Origin: Octopus vulgaris
Taxonomy: Eukaryota
Assembly: GCA_951406725.2 (NCBI GenBank)
Contig: OX597833.1
Coordinates: 35,278,001-35,342,000 of the forward strand
Direction: 5' to 3'
Length of the DNA: 64,000 nt
Shown here: piece after piece, positions 40,169 through 55,736 of the stretch
Position numbering within the stretch: position 1 is the stretch's first letter
How the letters are laid out: each line of letters opens with the position of its first letter
The notes under the pieces: model-generated
Seen by the model: the letters and a program-made list of their open reading frames with translations, nothing else
Told to the model about the DNA's origin: nothing
Databases searched by the model: none
Translations under genes and position numbers: made by a program

Positions 40169-41410
40169 TTGGGTTGGCAACTAAGTTCGCGCCGTTTTTA
40201 AATCTAAATTTTTTAAAAGGTTTAATAAAAAATAACAACTAAATAATCAATAATGTATTCGCCCTTATTGTTTACAACTTCTTCCCAACGTTCAACAAGA
40301 TTTTCAATACCTCGTTGATAGAAATCCCCCGCTTTCGACTGGAAAAACTGATCCAACCAAGCTTTCAATTCTGCATTGAACGAAACTCCGCGCATAGCAT
40401 TTGAAAGAGATCGAAAGAGGTGGAAATCCTTTGGTGCCAAATCAGGAGAGTATGGCGGGTGTGGCAGCACTTCCCAGCCATGCGTTTGAATGGCTTCCCT
40501 GGTCATATTGGTGATATGAGGGCGGGCGTTGTTGTGCAGCTGAAGAACTCCATGCTGCTGATTATTTCTTTTCTCTTGAATAGCCGTGTTGAGTCGTTCC
40601 ATCTGTTGGACATAGAGTTAGTTCTGCGTTGACCGTTTGGTTCCGTTCAAGTAATTCGTAATGGATAAACTCTTCTCAGTCCCAACATACGCGCAACATC
40701 GTTTTAGGCGGATGAAGATCTTGTTTCACGCGCGGTGTCGCTTGTTTACCGGGGCTAAGCTATTCCTTACGCTGCTTCATATTGATGTACAGGCACCATA
40801 TTCCGTCGCCAGTAACGATTCGGTAAAGCGAATCGTTGCTTGTGTCCATGAGTTGAGCGGTGACGAATAAGAAACCAGCGGAGATTGCGGCTCGTTGATT
40901 TTTGCTGTTGTCACTTAGAACATGCGGAACCCATGCGCCATACTTCGGAACCTTTGCCATCGAGTGAAGATGCTTCTCTATAGCAGTGTGGGATCATTCC
41001 ATTTTCTCTGCCAGTTCCCTTGTCGTTTGATGAGAATTTTCGTGCAATAGTTGGTTTAATCTCTCTTCGTCGAACTTAACTGGACGATGAGAACGAGGTG
41101 CGTCTTTGAGGTCAAAATTTCCATTTTTGAACTCGGCATACCAAACAAATGTCGCGAGCAGCTTTTCCAGCCTTAGAACCTTGATTAAGAGCAAAAAGTA
41201 AGAGGTGTCGAAAATGCTCGTTTTTCTTAACTTGACATTCCATTTTAATGATCTGAAAATAAACAAAAATCGACTAAAATTAACTAGAAAAAAATACATT
41301 CCAAAATGATTCAAAATAGAATTCTCAAAAAAGAAAATAGATTCCAAAATATAAAAACGCAATAAATTCCAAAATTTAAAAAAACGGCGGGAACTTAGTT
41401 GCCAACCCAA
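40169..41410 (-). mobile_element. Mariner DNA transposon with both TIRs
   Basis: TIRs ttgggttggcaactaagttcgcgccgtttt / aaaacggcgggaacttagttgccaacccaa, each flanked by TA. Confidence 0.95.
40222..41243 (-). pseudogene. Frameshifted mariner transposase
   Basis: MECQVKKNEHFRHLLLF, LKDAPRSHRP, WVPHVL, RIVTGDGIW, LHNNARPH and HPPYSPDLAPKDFHLF are split across several frames; the second catalytic D reads N. Confidence 0.92.
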
Positions 41411-41416
41411 TACACA

Positions 41417-41504
<88 letters not shown>

Positions 41505-41514
41505 ATTAATAAAA

Positions 41515-41822
41515 AAGGATATAAAAGGCAACAACAACAAAAAACAACAACGCGAGGACGTGGTACATGCAAAGTATTAATAAAACGCTCAGGGCAAGAA
41601 AGAAAATGCTTTACGTTTCAAGCAAAGCACTTCTTCAGAAACAGAAGACAGAGAAAAGTCCAAAAGAAAAGGATGAAGGAGGAAAAAATCGCCAACAATC
41701 CACATCTAGTGTCATTTTGGAATGATATCAATGAAATTTATTGAGTAACAAAAGACGAAGGAAATGAAAAAGTCTTTTACGTTTCGAGCCTAGGCTCTTC
41801 AACAGAAAGGAATAAGAGAAAA
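41515..41822 (-). mobile_element. Two adjacent HHR-bearing repeat fragments
   Basis: 41607-41643 minus: tgttt-CTGAAGA-a-gtgctttgctt-GAAA-CG-TA-aagca. 41774-41809 minus: cttt-CTGTTGA-a-GAGC-ctag-GCTC-GAAA-CG-TA-aaag. Confidence 0.7.
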
Positions 41823-41825
41823 TTA

Positions 41826-41888
<63 letters not shown>

Positions 41889-42023
41889 CATATATGTATA
41901 TGCATATATATGTATACATAAGTATATATAAATATACATAAGAATATATGTATATATATTTATATACATATATACATACATATATATATGTGTGTGTGTG
42001 TGTACGTATATAAATACACACAC

Positions 42024-42055
<32 letters not shown>

Positions 42056-42739
42056 GCATGTAAGTGTATATATATGCACACACACATCACATACCACACC
42101 AACATCACCCCCCCACACACATATATGTGTATAAATATATGCAAGTATGTATATGTGTGTATATGTTTGTATGTGTGTATGAATGTGTTGTGTGTGTATG
42201 TGTCAAGTTGTCCGGAATTTGGCTGGGTAACTTTATATTTTGAGCATAAAACACCCTCCGGCGTTGACTTTTGCTTTACATCCAGTTGGAGAATTTCATG
42301 TTTTCGCTTTCCATCGCTGAATTTCAGTCCAATCCGTTTGCAGCATGTATGTGCGTGCTAGAGTGTGTGACTGTGCGTGCATGTGCGTATGTGGGGGGTT
42401 GTTAGTGTGTTTGTGCGTGTCTGCGGATGTGCACATCTGCGTCACCTATCGAAATATAGACACGCAACATGGTTTTCTTGTTAAGAGACTCTTTCCACAA
42501 CCATATTCTCTCAGGTTCATCCTTTTGGCTTCTCACTTTGTATTTTCTGATCAACGGTTAGTTTTTGCGGGATTTTGGAAATCAAAAGTTGTGCAACTGT
42601 AACAACTCCAAGATATTTCTCTTACTACGCACCGACAATATTTTCTTTTCTCTCAGTTTTGCTTCTTGTTGCACATGCATCAGCCATATGCATAATTAAA
42701 CAACTTTTTTATTCGTCTTTAGTTCACAAATCCCTAATC

Positions 42740-44000
42740 TACTACTCTTCCTAAATCCAATGCCATGAAGGATATAATGGATCAATCTGCAAACTCCCGA
42801 CACGCTACCTCTACCAAAAAGCACTGCATATTGCCACTCTCATACCTCACACTTTCGTGAATTCTTCATATTTTAGGACTTCTTTCATGTACCCATTCTA
42901 TATTGCGTTCCTAAGGAACCATCCACTCGATAAATTACAAAGAACTGTCACTTCAATTCCCATAAAATCAGAGTGTTGCTTCGTTATAGTAATATGACAG
43001 GGGAATACAAACGTCGTTTTAATATCCCCTTGCATCTTCGGCTTTATAGCCTTAAGGAGAAGTCTGCCTGTCACCTTTCTTTTGCTCACGCTTTCGCGTT
43101 ATCCTTTTCCAAAATAGGGTGCATCTAGTTATCCTTGCATTGACATAACTGCATTCTTGCTTTGGTGTATCAACAAGGGTGCTCAAGGCTTGATCGTGTC
43201 ACCTAAACAGGGAAATTGCGTGCTGCTGAAACATGCTTCAAAGTTGCAAAATTTCTATGTCGATGATAATTAGTTTCATTCCAGCCCTACTGACTGATAT
43301 TGGCTGCGAATGGAATCACATCGTACACAGCTTTCAGGAGAGATTGCATCCTGGTCGGTTTGATTTTCGACCATAAAAACCACTATTTCTCCTGTCTATA
43401 TTATTCAGGTGGTATATCCAATAGTTCCACTTCCATCCCAGTCCAATCCAAGCGTTCTTCATCGCACCTTTCTCCTACTTCATCTCCAGTGAGATCTGTT
43501 CAACCTCAACAGCGATTCTTACGGTCGATTTCCTTCCAATCAACATTATTTGCTGGATCGCACGAACAGTAAGGTCCACGTAATCCCGGAGTATTAAAGT
43601 AGTATTTGCCACTTTAAACATCTCCATCAATAATATAAATAAACTTCTCTACCATCTGTAACTTTGCAGCATTATCAAACGGCCTAACATCTGTAAAGCA
43701 TGACGGGAGCCCAAACCACTTTTCCAATATCTTCATTCTTATTAATGGTACTTTAGGCACTTGATGTGTCCATACAGCCTTCCGTAAAAGGTCATGCTGA
43801 TAACACCATACTCTGAACTTCCCTGCCAAACCATATTCGTCAAAGTAGCTGGCTCAGCATGGTCTCAGTCTCACTCAAAATCGCTGTTGACATCATTTTA
43901 GTCTATTACGTAGATATGGGCAACACTTAATTTCCTACTTCCTGATAAGTGGACTCAGCTCCAGTGTCAAAGCAGAATTTCTTAACCTGTCCCTACATTA
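42740..44000 (-). mobile_element. Decayed RTE-like LINE 3' region
   Basis: LQMVEKFIYI (cf. LE.V..F.YLG), KVTGRLL and HSDFMGIEV (cf. K..LY...V.S.MLYGSETW), EWQYAVL near the end. Weak similarity. Confidence 0.4.
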
Positions 44001-44932
44001 TCAACAGACTGCAACATTTTAAAACTTTTAATTCAACATTAACGGAATAGTTAACCTAAATGCCCCAGGAGTGATTTTGCCGTTTTCCATTGCAGCATTA
44101 TCTTCCATAGAAGCACGCAAGAATGATGGGAATACGTATCACCTCAACTTCATTTCCTACCAATTAACTTCTTGTACATTCCAATACCCAATTCATGACC
44201 ATCACGATGAGGGGTAGAGGAATGGTACATTGCACCATGATGCCTATTTTCAGGTCACGAATTTCGCATTAGAAAGTACTTCACACGCCCCAGGAAAACA
44301 AAAACCTAAACAAAAACTTTTTATCTTATTCTATATATCAACGTATACAAAACTGTTTCTTATGCATTTACCTGATCAAGCCAGACAATCTGAATGTGTT
44401 TTCCTCACTTATTACTCTAAATAGAGCTCAAAATAAATTGAGCATGCGCTAGACAGCTTCGAAAATTTTTCAAGTGTAACGTTCACTGACAATACAGCAC
44501 GAATGTAAAATCAGTATTTAAAATCACAAAACGACAAACATTAAAGCGTTTAAGACCAAATATCACCTTTACTTGTTTAAGCGTCTGCGGAGCACCTTGA
44601 TGATGTTTTAAATGATCACTGCCTATGATGAAGATTTGTAAAGAGTGGATTGATATTCGGATCAGAGCAAAGAAGTGGCGCTGAATATGAGACAAACACA
44701 TGCCCTCAGCCCGGGTATGGATAAAAATTTACAGTTAGTAGCATAGAGTCTATTGTGCAAGTATGATTGTGGACGATTTAGATAGAGCTATATGAGATAA
44801 CTGCAGACAAAATAAAGGAAGTTGAGATATAATTGTCAAAGAAGAGTGTAGCTTAAAATGGATCGATTTGAGGAAGCATTGTGGATAACCTGTGCCAAAT
44901 ATATGTGAAGGTTGAATGCAAATACACATTTG

Positions 44933-44967
<35 letters not shown>

Positions 44968-46832
44968 CACGCACACACACACACACATGAATGTGTGTAT
45001 ATATATATATGAACATTTGACTGCATGTCTGTATATATGAACATTTTACTACATATGTCTCTCTATATACGAACATTTGACTGCATGTGAATGTGTGTGT
45101 ATATGTGTTGAGGGGGGTGCTGTGTGCATGCGTTTGTCTGTGTATAGGATCGGGTTACGAACGTATATAATATATCTATAAAATTAGCATTCTCTGAAAT
45201 GTATATATTTCAGTAAGATACTCTTTTGGTGAACATAACTTGTACACAATTTGTTCGGGTAGAAGTAGGAATTTAATGTACCATTTTATACTTCAAATGC
45301 CCGGGTATTTTTTCAGCTTCATGACAGGCACTTCACTGATTATTGCTAAGCGCATGTCTTTGGTCTGTATGTGATATAATATGTACATCTGATACAGTGT
45401 CTCTCCACGGTAGCCCGTTTGAACGGTCTTGACTAACACTGTATCTTAGTGTATGATCAACAAGATGTAGACGTGTATATCTAAGTGAATAGATAAAGGA
45501 AAGTTAAACAAACTAAGGAGTGAAAAAAATATTACAGAGCAAATATATGTAGACGGATAAATAGGAAGAAAAACATTTAAAAGTTAATGCTTATGATGGT
45601 AGTGTGGGACGATGGAAGATGGCGATGTTATCGATGGTGGTGATTTCGATAGTAATAGCTGTTATCATTAAATAGGGATGGCTTAAGACAGAAAGCATTA
45701 CTGCTGCTGCTGCTGCTACTACTACTGCGACTACTACTAATACGACTATTACGACGACGACGATGACGCCGCCGTCGTCGACGATGATAACGACGACCAT
45801 GCTGCAAATGCTGCAGTTGCGTCAGCAGCCGTCTCTGCTGCTGCTCATGTATCTGTTAAGCAGGACTGTTAATGAACGGGCGTAGATGCTGAAAGGGAGC
45901 AGAGGAACATAGCAGAGAAATTCTTTAAATATCGTGCAATTTTTGGCGGAATGGAAAGAAAAAAGTAAAAATCAAAAAGACTTGCTAATTCTTTTACCCA
46001 TATACCCTGCCATCCATTGATCAAATAATCGATTATTAGTTGGAGTCATTGATATAACAGTCGATAGAATACGTCAACCGATCAAAGCATTTATTGCTTC
46101 ATCGATTCATTCATTCATCCATCAACCAATCCATGAATCCGATCATTCATTTATATTAGATACTCAACTTCTTGTGTCCATGTGTATATATGAATATGTA
46201 TACATGGTTCTTGATAAAAAACGTTTTACGTGCGATTCTAGTGAGAAGCGAAGAGATGTGCCTATATGCATATACATATGAACAATCATTTAGACTATGC
46301 ATGTGAATATACTTGCCATGAGATAAGCAGATGCATAAATACATATATACATATCTAAGAAAAAAAAAATACCTGCGCACTGTGTATATGCTTGTGTGCA
46401 TCATATATATTCACGTATGTGTGGGTACTCACATACCCGCGTCAACACATGTATATACATACAGAGACAAAGTCACGCATCGGTACAGTTGTCTAGATGG
46501 TATACTACAGAGGATGTGTGTAAGTATATACATTTCACATGTTCCTTATTGTATTTTACATGTTCACCCTACTGTCATACTTCTTCTTCTTATTTTATTT
46601 TTAATCCAGAAATACTTAATACAAATTAGTTGTGAACGTTGTACAGATAATGCAGTCAATCGAAGACTTCATAGTTTGCCGCCTGTTTCGCAATCACAAA
46701 TGCTTTTATAATTGAGCAAACTTTTATGAGAATTGTATGCATGTATAAAATCGACATGTGCTGTTACTAATGTCAAAGTTAACAGACAGAGTGTGCAGTT
46801 GGCAGTTGTATGCGGGCAAAAGTGCATGCGTG

Positions 46833-46893
<61 letters not shown>

Positions 46894-47593
46894 AATTTTA
46901 AAATAGGATAAAATCTTTATAAGAATTTATCAAGTAGTTAGCGTGAAAAACCTTATAAGAGAAAAAAAAAATCCACCAATATTTTCACTTAAATATATTT
47001 ATCTGTATTATATAAAGGGCATTATTATACATAAATGCCACACGCTAAGAGGGACTCTTAAAGTCAAGACTACTATATATATATATATATATATATACAC
47101 TTTTAGATATATACGTATATATATAGGTGTATGTGATAACACACACACATATATGCATATGTACATACATGTATGCGCGCACGCGTGTGGATTTGTGTCT
47201 CCGAACGGGAAGCAGTAGTGGGTATATATTCTATTAGGAACCGAAGCTGCTTGAATTGTGTAATTGAGTTTCACGTTCCCAATTCTTATAACTGCCGTTC
47301 GAACACACGGAAAGAGAAGCTTCATCTTTCATACTATGGTGCGCGCGTGCGTGCTCGTACATGCGTGCGCGAGCGCGTATGTGCATGTATGAGAGGCAGA
47401 GAGAGAGAGAGAGAGAGAGAGAGTGCGTGTGTTTGTGTGCGTACACACTCACACACACACACACACACACGCACACATACACAATTACATTCGATGTTTT
47501 TATTTGTTTTATAGAAATCATCTATAACACAGAGGTTGTACTTTAAGCATTTCATTTCCGCTTCATATTATAATATGTATGAATTCTTGCCTG

Positions 47594-47609
47594 CGTCTTC
47601 AAATCTACC

Positions 47610-47693
<84 letters not shown>

Positions 47694-47699
47694 CTTCTA

Positions 47700-47735
<36 letters not shown>
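47594..47735. repeat. (CT)n microsatellite
   Basis: Direct observation. Confidence 0.95.
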
Positions 47736-47737
<2 letters not shown>

Positions 47738-47813
47738 CGCTCGTGTGTGTGTATTTGTGCCCCGGAAAAAATATATGTGTAAGCGAGTAAACATGCATAC
47801 GTTATGTTTGAAG

Positions 47814-47844
<31 letters not shown>

Positions 47845-48059
47845 TGTATGTATGTGTGTGTGTTGTTTCTCTGAGAGCTGATTTAATCTTCTCTAAATAT
47901 ACTTTGTGAGACAATTTGTCCACTATAAGTCCACTGTATTTAGAAAATAGCAAAATAGGAAAAAAACAAAACAAAAAAACCCAGCTTAGTAAACGACAGT
48001 TTCCAATGGCAATTACATAAATATTGAAATTAGTTGATAGAGAGAGAGAGAGAGAGAGA

Positions 48060-48694
<635 letters not shown>

Positions 48695-49083
48695 TGCAAA
48701 ATTCACTAAATTTATGCAGACATTTCTACTCCGTTATTCATAGCTATATTTCTGCATGTAATTGTGAGCTATCGGCTAAAAGCAATGCATGTTCTCACAC
48801 ACGGAGTGCGATATTGCATCAATGGTGCATGGCGATATTCCTGGAATATTTCTGCTTGCTGCAATGGTTAGGAGGGAGATACATTTCCGATAAACTGTCT
48901 GTGTCCCGGTTTCAATACACGTGTGTAGTAGTAACTTTCGCCTCCTTATACTCACCGTATAAGATGTTTATTTTAGACAAATACATACTTATGAAATGTA
49001 ACTGCTAAGCTTGTTTATGTATGTGTATATACGTATGAATATACAGCACATATGTTTAGATAAAGAAATATATATTACACACG

Positions 49084-49127
<44 letters not shown>

Positions 49128-49837
49128 CTCGTAAAAATATAAATATAGACACATACATTTATAAATGTGTGTGTGTGAATGTGTGTATATGTATATGTAC
49201 AAATACATCAGTAAATATATGAATATACGAATATATGAATATATGTAGAAACACATGTGCTTATATCAATCTGTCTATCTGTGTATAAGTACTCTTACAT
49301 AAATGGACGTATTTTTCTATAACCGGACCGGCCGCGCGCGCGCACACAGACTCGCACACACAGACTCGCACACACAGACTCGCACACACAGACTCGAACA
49401 CACAGACTCGCACACACAAACACACAGATAATGTATGTATCGCTGATGGTATGCTCTTATAGACGTGTGCTTGTGTCGACACTCCACAGCAAGTTGTGTA
49501 TGCATCTTCTTTGCCATTCTTTCTCCCTCACTCTCTCACTTCCGGCCAGTGTGAAGATATGTGCATTATTTTATGCGTTTCAGCCCAAAGCCTGTGGCGA
49601 TGCTGGTGGCGCACGCGTGTCTGTGTATGACCGTGCATGGAATGGGTGCATATGTACATGTGTAGATGTGCATATGAGTGTGTGTGTGTGTGGCTTAATC
49701 TATGTGTGTATATGTGTACGTGTACAAGTACTCTCACGAATACGTATACATGTGTATATAAGTGTATGCATATGTTTACATATATATATATGTGTGTGTG
49801 TGTATGCATACATACATGCATGCATCTATATATTCAT

Positions 49838-49898
<61 letters not shown>

Positions 49899-49948
49899 AA
49901 ACGTCTCCTTCAGAAACTTTCTGATCTTGTACTTAAATAAAAAAAAAC

Positions 49949-49987
<39 letters not shown>

Positions 49988-50049
49988 GTTATCATTATTA
50001 TTCCGCCGAGGTCGATTTTACCTTTCATCATTTCGAGTTTGATATATGA

Positions 50050-50098
<49 letters not shown>

Positions 50099-50121
50099 AA
50101 TAGAGAGAGAGAGAGAGAGAT

Positions 50122-50186
<65 letters not shown>

Positions 50187-50646
50187 AAGGCGCGCACGCA
50201 CACATGTTTATGTGTAGAACGATTATCGGATAGTCACTTTACAACTGCTAGTTTCAGAAAGAATAGATGAGTTCGAAATATATTATCTCAAGTGCCAATA
50301 CCGGTTGGACAGTTATAACAAGGGAAAATATAGCTTTTAAATAACGTTATTGTACTCTGCATTTTTACATTCTGTTCCGTTGCCTAGACTTTCTGTATTC
50401 CTTTAATTATTGTATATTATTCAGTGTTGTGGATTGTTAAAGCGTCAGAACGGAAAAAATACGTTGCCTTGCTTTCTCCGATTCCTTACATTCCGTGTCC
50501 AAAATCCCACCGGAGGTCAGCAGTATCTTTCAGCCTGTTGGGGGCTTCACAGAATACAATACCAGCCAAGTGCTCATGTCGTTAGAATCGGCTAACGTCT
50601 TCCTCAAAAAGTTTCTGACCTTGTACTTAAATTTAAAAAAAAAACT

Positions 50647-50682
<36 letters not shown>

Positions 50683-50685
<3 letters not shown>

Positions 50686-50815
50686 CGCCGAAGTCGACTT
50701 TGCCTTTCATCCTTTCGAGGTCGATAAAATATGTACCAGTTGAGCACTAGCGTTGATGTAATCAACTTACCCCGTTCCCCGTAATTAGCTGGCCTTGTGC
50801 CAAATTTTGAAACCA
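50683..50815 (+). mobile_element. SINE family B 3' part between (TTA)n and (CTT)n
   Basis: ttccgccgaagtcgactttgcctttcatcctttcgaggtcgataaaatatgtaccag. Confidence 0.8.
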
Positions 50816-50937
50816 TTCTTCTTCTTCTTCTTCTTCTTCTTCTTCTTCTTCTTCTTCTTCTTCTTCTTCTTCTTCTTCTTCTTCTTCTTCTTCTTCTTCT
50901 TCTTCTTCTTCTTCGTCTTCGTTTTCTTCTTCTTCTT

Positions 50938-50968
<31 letters not shown>

Positions 50969-50990
50969 TTATTATTATTATTATTATTAT
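50816..50990. repeat. (CTT)n + (ATT)n microsatellite
   Basis: Direct observation. Confidence 0.95.
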
Positions 50991-52119
50991 ATCATGTTGT
51001 ACTACTTGATAACAACCGTAATCAATGATATGGAAAGCCGTGAAAAGATGAAAGCAATGTATGCGCTATGGAAACTTGTCCTGCATATAGATACTTCAAC
51101 GGATTAATTTGCATTCTGTCGGAGAAATAATTGCTTGTGTTCGACTCACATTTATGTACTTCAAATTTTAATATTTACTTATTATGGGTTATTCTGACAA
51201 ACATTTAAAATTATGTTCTCCTAGAGACCCTCTCACTAAACTAAAAAGAAATTATTCGCTTGAAATCTAACCTTGGAACGATGCATCTAGAGCAGCTCTG
51301 ACGCAACATCTATTGATGATGATGATGATGGTTACAACAATGTATGTAGTTTATTTGCCGCGATAGAAGCTCTCTAGCCTACTACACATAACGCGTACTG
51401 CACGTGTTAATGTCGCACAATAACCTTGTCTCTTAGCAGTTTGCTATTCCGTAGCTACATGTTATGTATAGAGCATATTTATAATTTCAAAAATGGCGTA
51501 AGGAATAAAGGCTGTGCAAACTCTCTTTCACCCACCCAGACACACGCACGAACTCACGCATGCACACGCGCATGCAAACATACATGCAGATTGGGGAAGG
51601 GGGAGGATATGCTATAAGTACACACATGGAGTTGCACACACACATACACAATACAAAATAATCCACTTCAATGTAAATAGTATAATTTCGAGTCTCCCTC
51701 ACAACATGCACGTTTTGTCAATATACATACATACATATCTATCTATCTATCTATCCATCCATCCATCCATCCATCTCTCTCTCTCTCTCACTATATATAT
51801 ATATATATATATAAGCTAACACCCACACAAAAACATGCATTTATAGAAATATAAGTGTATGAGCTTAGAAGTGTCTCTGCGTGTATGTATATATGTTTGT
51901 ATGTATATGCATGGTTATACATACATAGATATATAGATACATACACACAAATATATGTATATATGTGTATGTATGTATGACATGTGAATGTGTATGTGAG
52001 TGTGTGCGTGTGTGAATACATACGTAGGTATATACGTATGTATATATATGTATATGTGAAATGTCCATCCACTTAATTATATATGTATATGTGTGCATAT
52101 ATGTATGTATGTATACATG

Positions 52120-52158
<39 letters not shown>

Positions 52159-52213
52159 GTATATATATATAGAGAGAGAAGGGGGAGAGAAAACAAACAA
52201 TGAGGGATATCTA

Positions 52214-52253
<40 letters not shown>

Positions 52254-52329
52254 TGTATGTATGTATACATTTCTGAGTGCATGCTTAGATATATATGATG
52301 TATTTATTACGTAAACACACACATGTACA

Positions 52330-52365
<36 letters not shown>

Positions 52366-52491
52366 TGTATGTATGTATGTATGTATGCATGCATGTATGT
52401 ATGTATGTATGTATGTATGTATGTATGTATGTATGTATGTATGTATGTATGTATGTATGTATGTATGTATGTATGTATGTATGTATGCATG

Positions 52492-52539
<48 letters not shown>

Positions 52540-52734
52540 AGGACTAAACATTAGCCACCACTCGCAGGAGACTGTGACCTGGTGGTGGCATGTTCTGTGC
52601 TTCCGTTGTTGTAGCCACCATTGTAGTTGTGGAGCAGTCGTATATAATCGCTTGGTCCGCCTCCCATGCAACCAGCGGAGCAGCGATGAAGAGACAGTTG
52701 CAAGAGAAGAAAGCTGCACCAGCAATCATTTGCA

Positions 52735-52865
52735 TTCCGGTTGTCTGGAGCAACGTGACATGAAGTGCCTTGTTGAAGGAGACAGTGTACTACTCCGTCT
52801 AGGATTCGAATCAACACACATTGGGATCGTGAACCGAACACACAAGCCATTAGGCTACTCGCCTT
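52735..52865 (-). mobile_element. SINE family C head, degenerate
   Basis: ctggagcaacgtga...aagtgccttgttgaagga...aggattcgaatc is the reverse complement of a 28869-28998-like sequence. Confidence 0.55.
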
Positions 52866-53289
52866 TTGACACAAGCATATACTCACACACACACACATAT
52901 AAGTATGTGTGTGTGTGTGCGTTTGTGTGTGCGTGTGTATGTGCATGTGTGTGAGTAATGAGAGAGAGAAGGGATGGGGGAGATATAGATAAAAGTGGAA
53001 ATACACACACACACACACACACATACCTTAGATAACTTAAACAGGGTTCACTCACCTTTAATGATGCCACGTGGAGAAGTCATGATTTGTTGCGTCATGA
53101 ATTGGGAGAGAGTCCTCGTGCAGAGAGATGTTGTTTGTCGAAATATACCTCTAGTTTCACACGTGTGTCTGGTGCTTCTGGGAGTAATTTACTTGTGTAC
53201 CATTTAAATAGGATCCTTTCCTTTGACTCCTTCCAGTATAACATTGAATAAAGCTTGATCAATTGAGTTTAAGAAGTATTTTCATAATA

Positions 53290-54390
53290 TTATGTGATGT
53301 GAGATAGATTTTCGTAAGGGTTATAGGGCACGAGGCCCTTGGAGTGGGTAACTTGTTGAATTTGATATGGACATCCAGTTGGTCCAATATCTTCCTCATT
53401 GTACAAATGGGGTAGCATGACAGTAGCCTTAGAGAGAACAAAACTTCAAATTTTTTAGGAGATCCCAATGATCAAGTCCTTTCATGCCGTTTAGTTTTCT
53501 GATAAATCTCTCGGGTACTTTAATTCTGCTAATGTTATGTTCTGTATGAGAATAACACGCTGGGTAACGGTATCCAAGGTGATACGTAGCAAACACAGCA
53601 TACAGAAATATGATACAATGAGGGTATCTAGAATTGAGAGTTCTAAGACTTCTTGAGTATATTATGCAAGCCATATCGACTTTATTGATGAACTGTGCAA
53701 TGCAGCTTAGGTTGTTGTCCATAGATAGACATATATTATTTGATGCTTCGAAAGGCTCCCAGAATGAAGAAAAAAGGATGTGTTATGTATATCCTGTTTT
53801 TGAAAGCATGTAAGCTCAAATCTTTCCTCATACATCGAATCACAGCACAAAGATCAGATCGAACTGATGATCCTCCACATAGATTCTTGATGACTTTCAG
53901 GATTCTTGAGTCATCTGCAAAGATTTTATATTACTCTGTTTCATGATAATCGCAATGTCATATATAAATAAAAATAAAAATAGAGACGGCCCAACACAGT
54001 AACCTGGTTGACACCACAAATGCGTTTAGGGTCTTGAGTAAATTCATTATACCACAACATGTTGCTTTCTGTTTACCAAGAAACATTTAATGCTTCTCAG
54101 TAGCTTTCACGGATGTTGATGGTGAATAAGCTTCACAGAAGCCAAACTATATGACGTCAGTGTTTGAGCCCTCTCCGAAAGCATCTAAATCTCGAATTGA
54201 CGCAGAAGCTGTGTTATGTAATGTGTGCCACCACAAAAACCATTCTAGAGGTGATCTAGGGAAGGATTTCTTTCTAGGAGGCTTGTGATTTTTCACCTTA
54301 CCCGCATTTCGTATATTTTAAGTATACGAAGAATTAGCAAGATCACAAAGTAATTCACTGCGACCATTTATTTCCCCTTTTCAAAAATCT
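53290..54390 (-). mobile_element. Decayed CR1/L2-like LINE RT fragment
   Basis: Minus-strand GSNTDVI*FGFCEA (cf. D.IY.DFAKAFD), IKCFLVNRKQHVV, GVNQVTVLG (cf. GVPQG.VLGP) and IFADDS occur in the correct order. Confidence 0.7.
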
Positions 54391-55682
54391 GGCATAACTG
54401 ACTGGGACTTAAAATGTCCATCAGTGTATGTTTGTGTGTATGTGTGTGAGTGTGTGTGTCTGTATTCGCATGTAGAAACGTATATACATGATATGATTGT
54501 AGTTGGGTAAGACAACGGGTGAATTTTATATAAGCTTAATCTATAATTATGCCAGCGTGCTTATATTTATATACTCATATCTACATCTACAGGTATAGTG
54601 CATATTTGGGGCTAGTTTAACAACTACAGTAAGACTATATGATTCATAATCGCATAGCTAAGCGCGTATATGCACGCACACGAATGCATTTAATCATATC
54701 GCTTAACTATTAGCTGTATATATCTTATTTTTATATCCACAATATCCCCATTTGCATTTCAGCAACCAGTCCTTCCATTATTTGTGTTTTTACGTAAAAC
54801 GATGCACATCTATGTGTTTTCTTAACTACTTTACTCTAGCTTTTTTTCTGTACATTTATCTTTTTATCTACATTAGCTATCTTACAAAACGATTGTATAT
54901 CTTGTCTATATTTATCTGAGTATAAATATGTATGCCTGTCTGGTTATCTAATTAACCCTTTTATGAATCTGTTGATCATTTTCCCTTCCCTATCTATCTT
55001 TTTGAATTAATGCACGTCTATGTGAATACCGGTTGATTTAGTTTGTGTCTGACCATAAGTATGAATTTTTTAAATGTCAATCTATCTATAAGCTTTTATT
55101 TCGTTCTCTATCAATTAATATTCAGACATTTTACTGCTTATCAATGTGTTGTATTTCTGTTGCAAAATATATTTAGCTCGTCGATTTAGTAGGTCTTGGA
55201 CTCTTATTCTATTACCTTTAGCGCATATAAAGCAGCGCTTGACACTGTTGTCCAATACATGGAGCATGTACGCATTCATGCATGTTGGCATATGTCTGAT
55301 GTGTATGTGTGTACGTATATATGCATACGTATATGCATATCTATTTCCATGTACTTATATATACATATTCATGTTTATATGCAGAGGTGAAAACACGCAC
55401 GCACACATTACAAACACAGATACACACACGCCCACACACACGCACACACACGCACACACGCACACACACACATACGCGCGCGCGCGCGCACACACACATG
55501 CATATGCACACGTCTATGAGGCTATCTGAAGGCATTTAATCTATTAGTCAATTTTTTTATCGCGCTTGACTCATTATGCATAAATATTTGTGCATATGTA
55601 ATATCCGAACACAAACATGCATGTGTGTCTGTGTGTGTGTGGAGTGTGCTTGTTCGCGCGCGCGTATATAAGCATGTATGTA

Positions 55683-55736
<54 letters not shown>

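Noticed and set aside
45005-45090. Three ~28-30-bp tandem units (atatgaacatttgactgcatgt)
   Set aside because: Ordinary degenerate minisatellite.
45591-45850. Ala/Thr/Val-rich ORF
   Set aside because: Built from mixed trinucleotide repeats (GCT, ACT, ACG); no splice or domain support.
52550-52730. GC-richer segment open in several frames, possible exon
   Set aside because: It abuts a SINE C head and is probably repeat body; no recognisable protein similarity.
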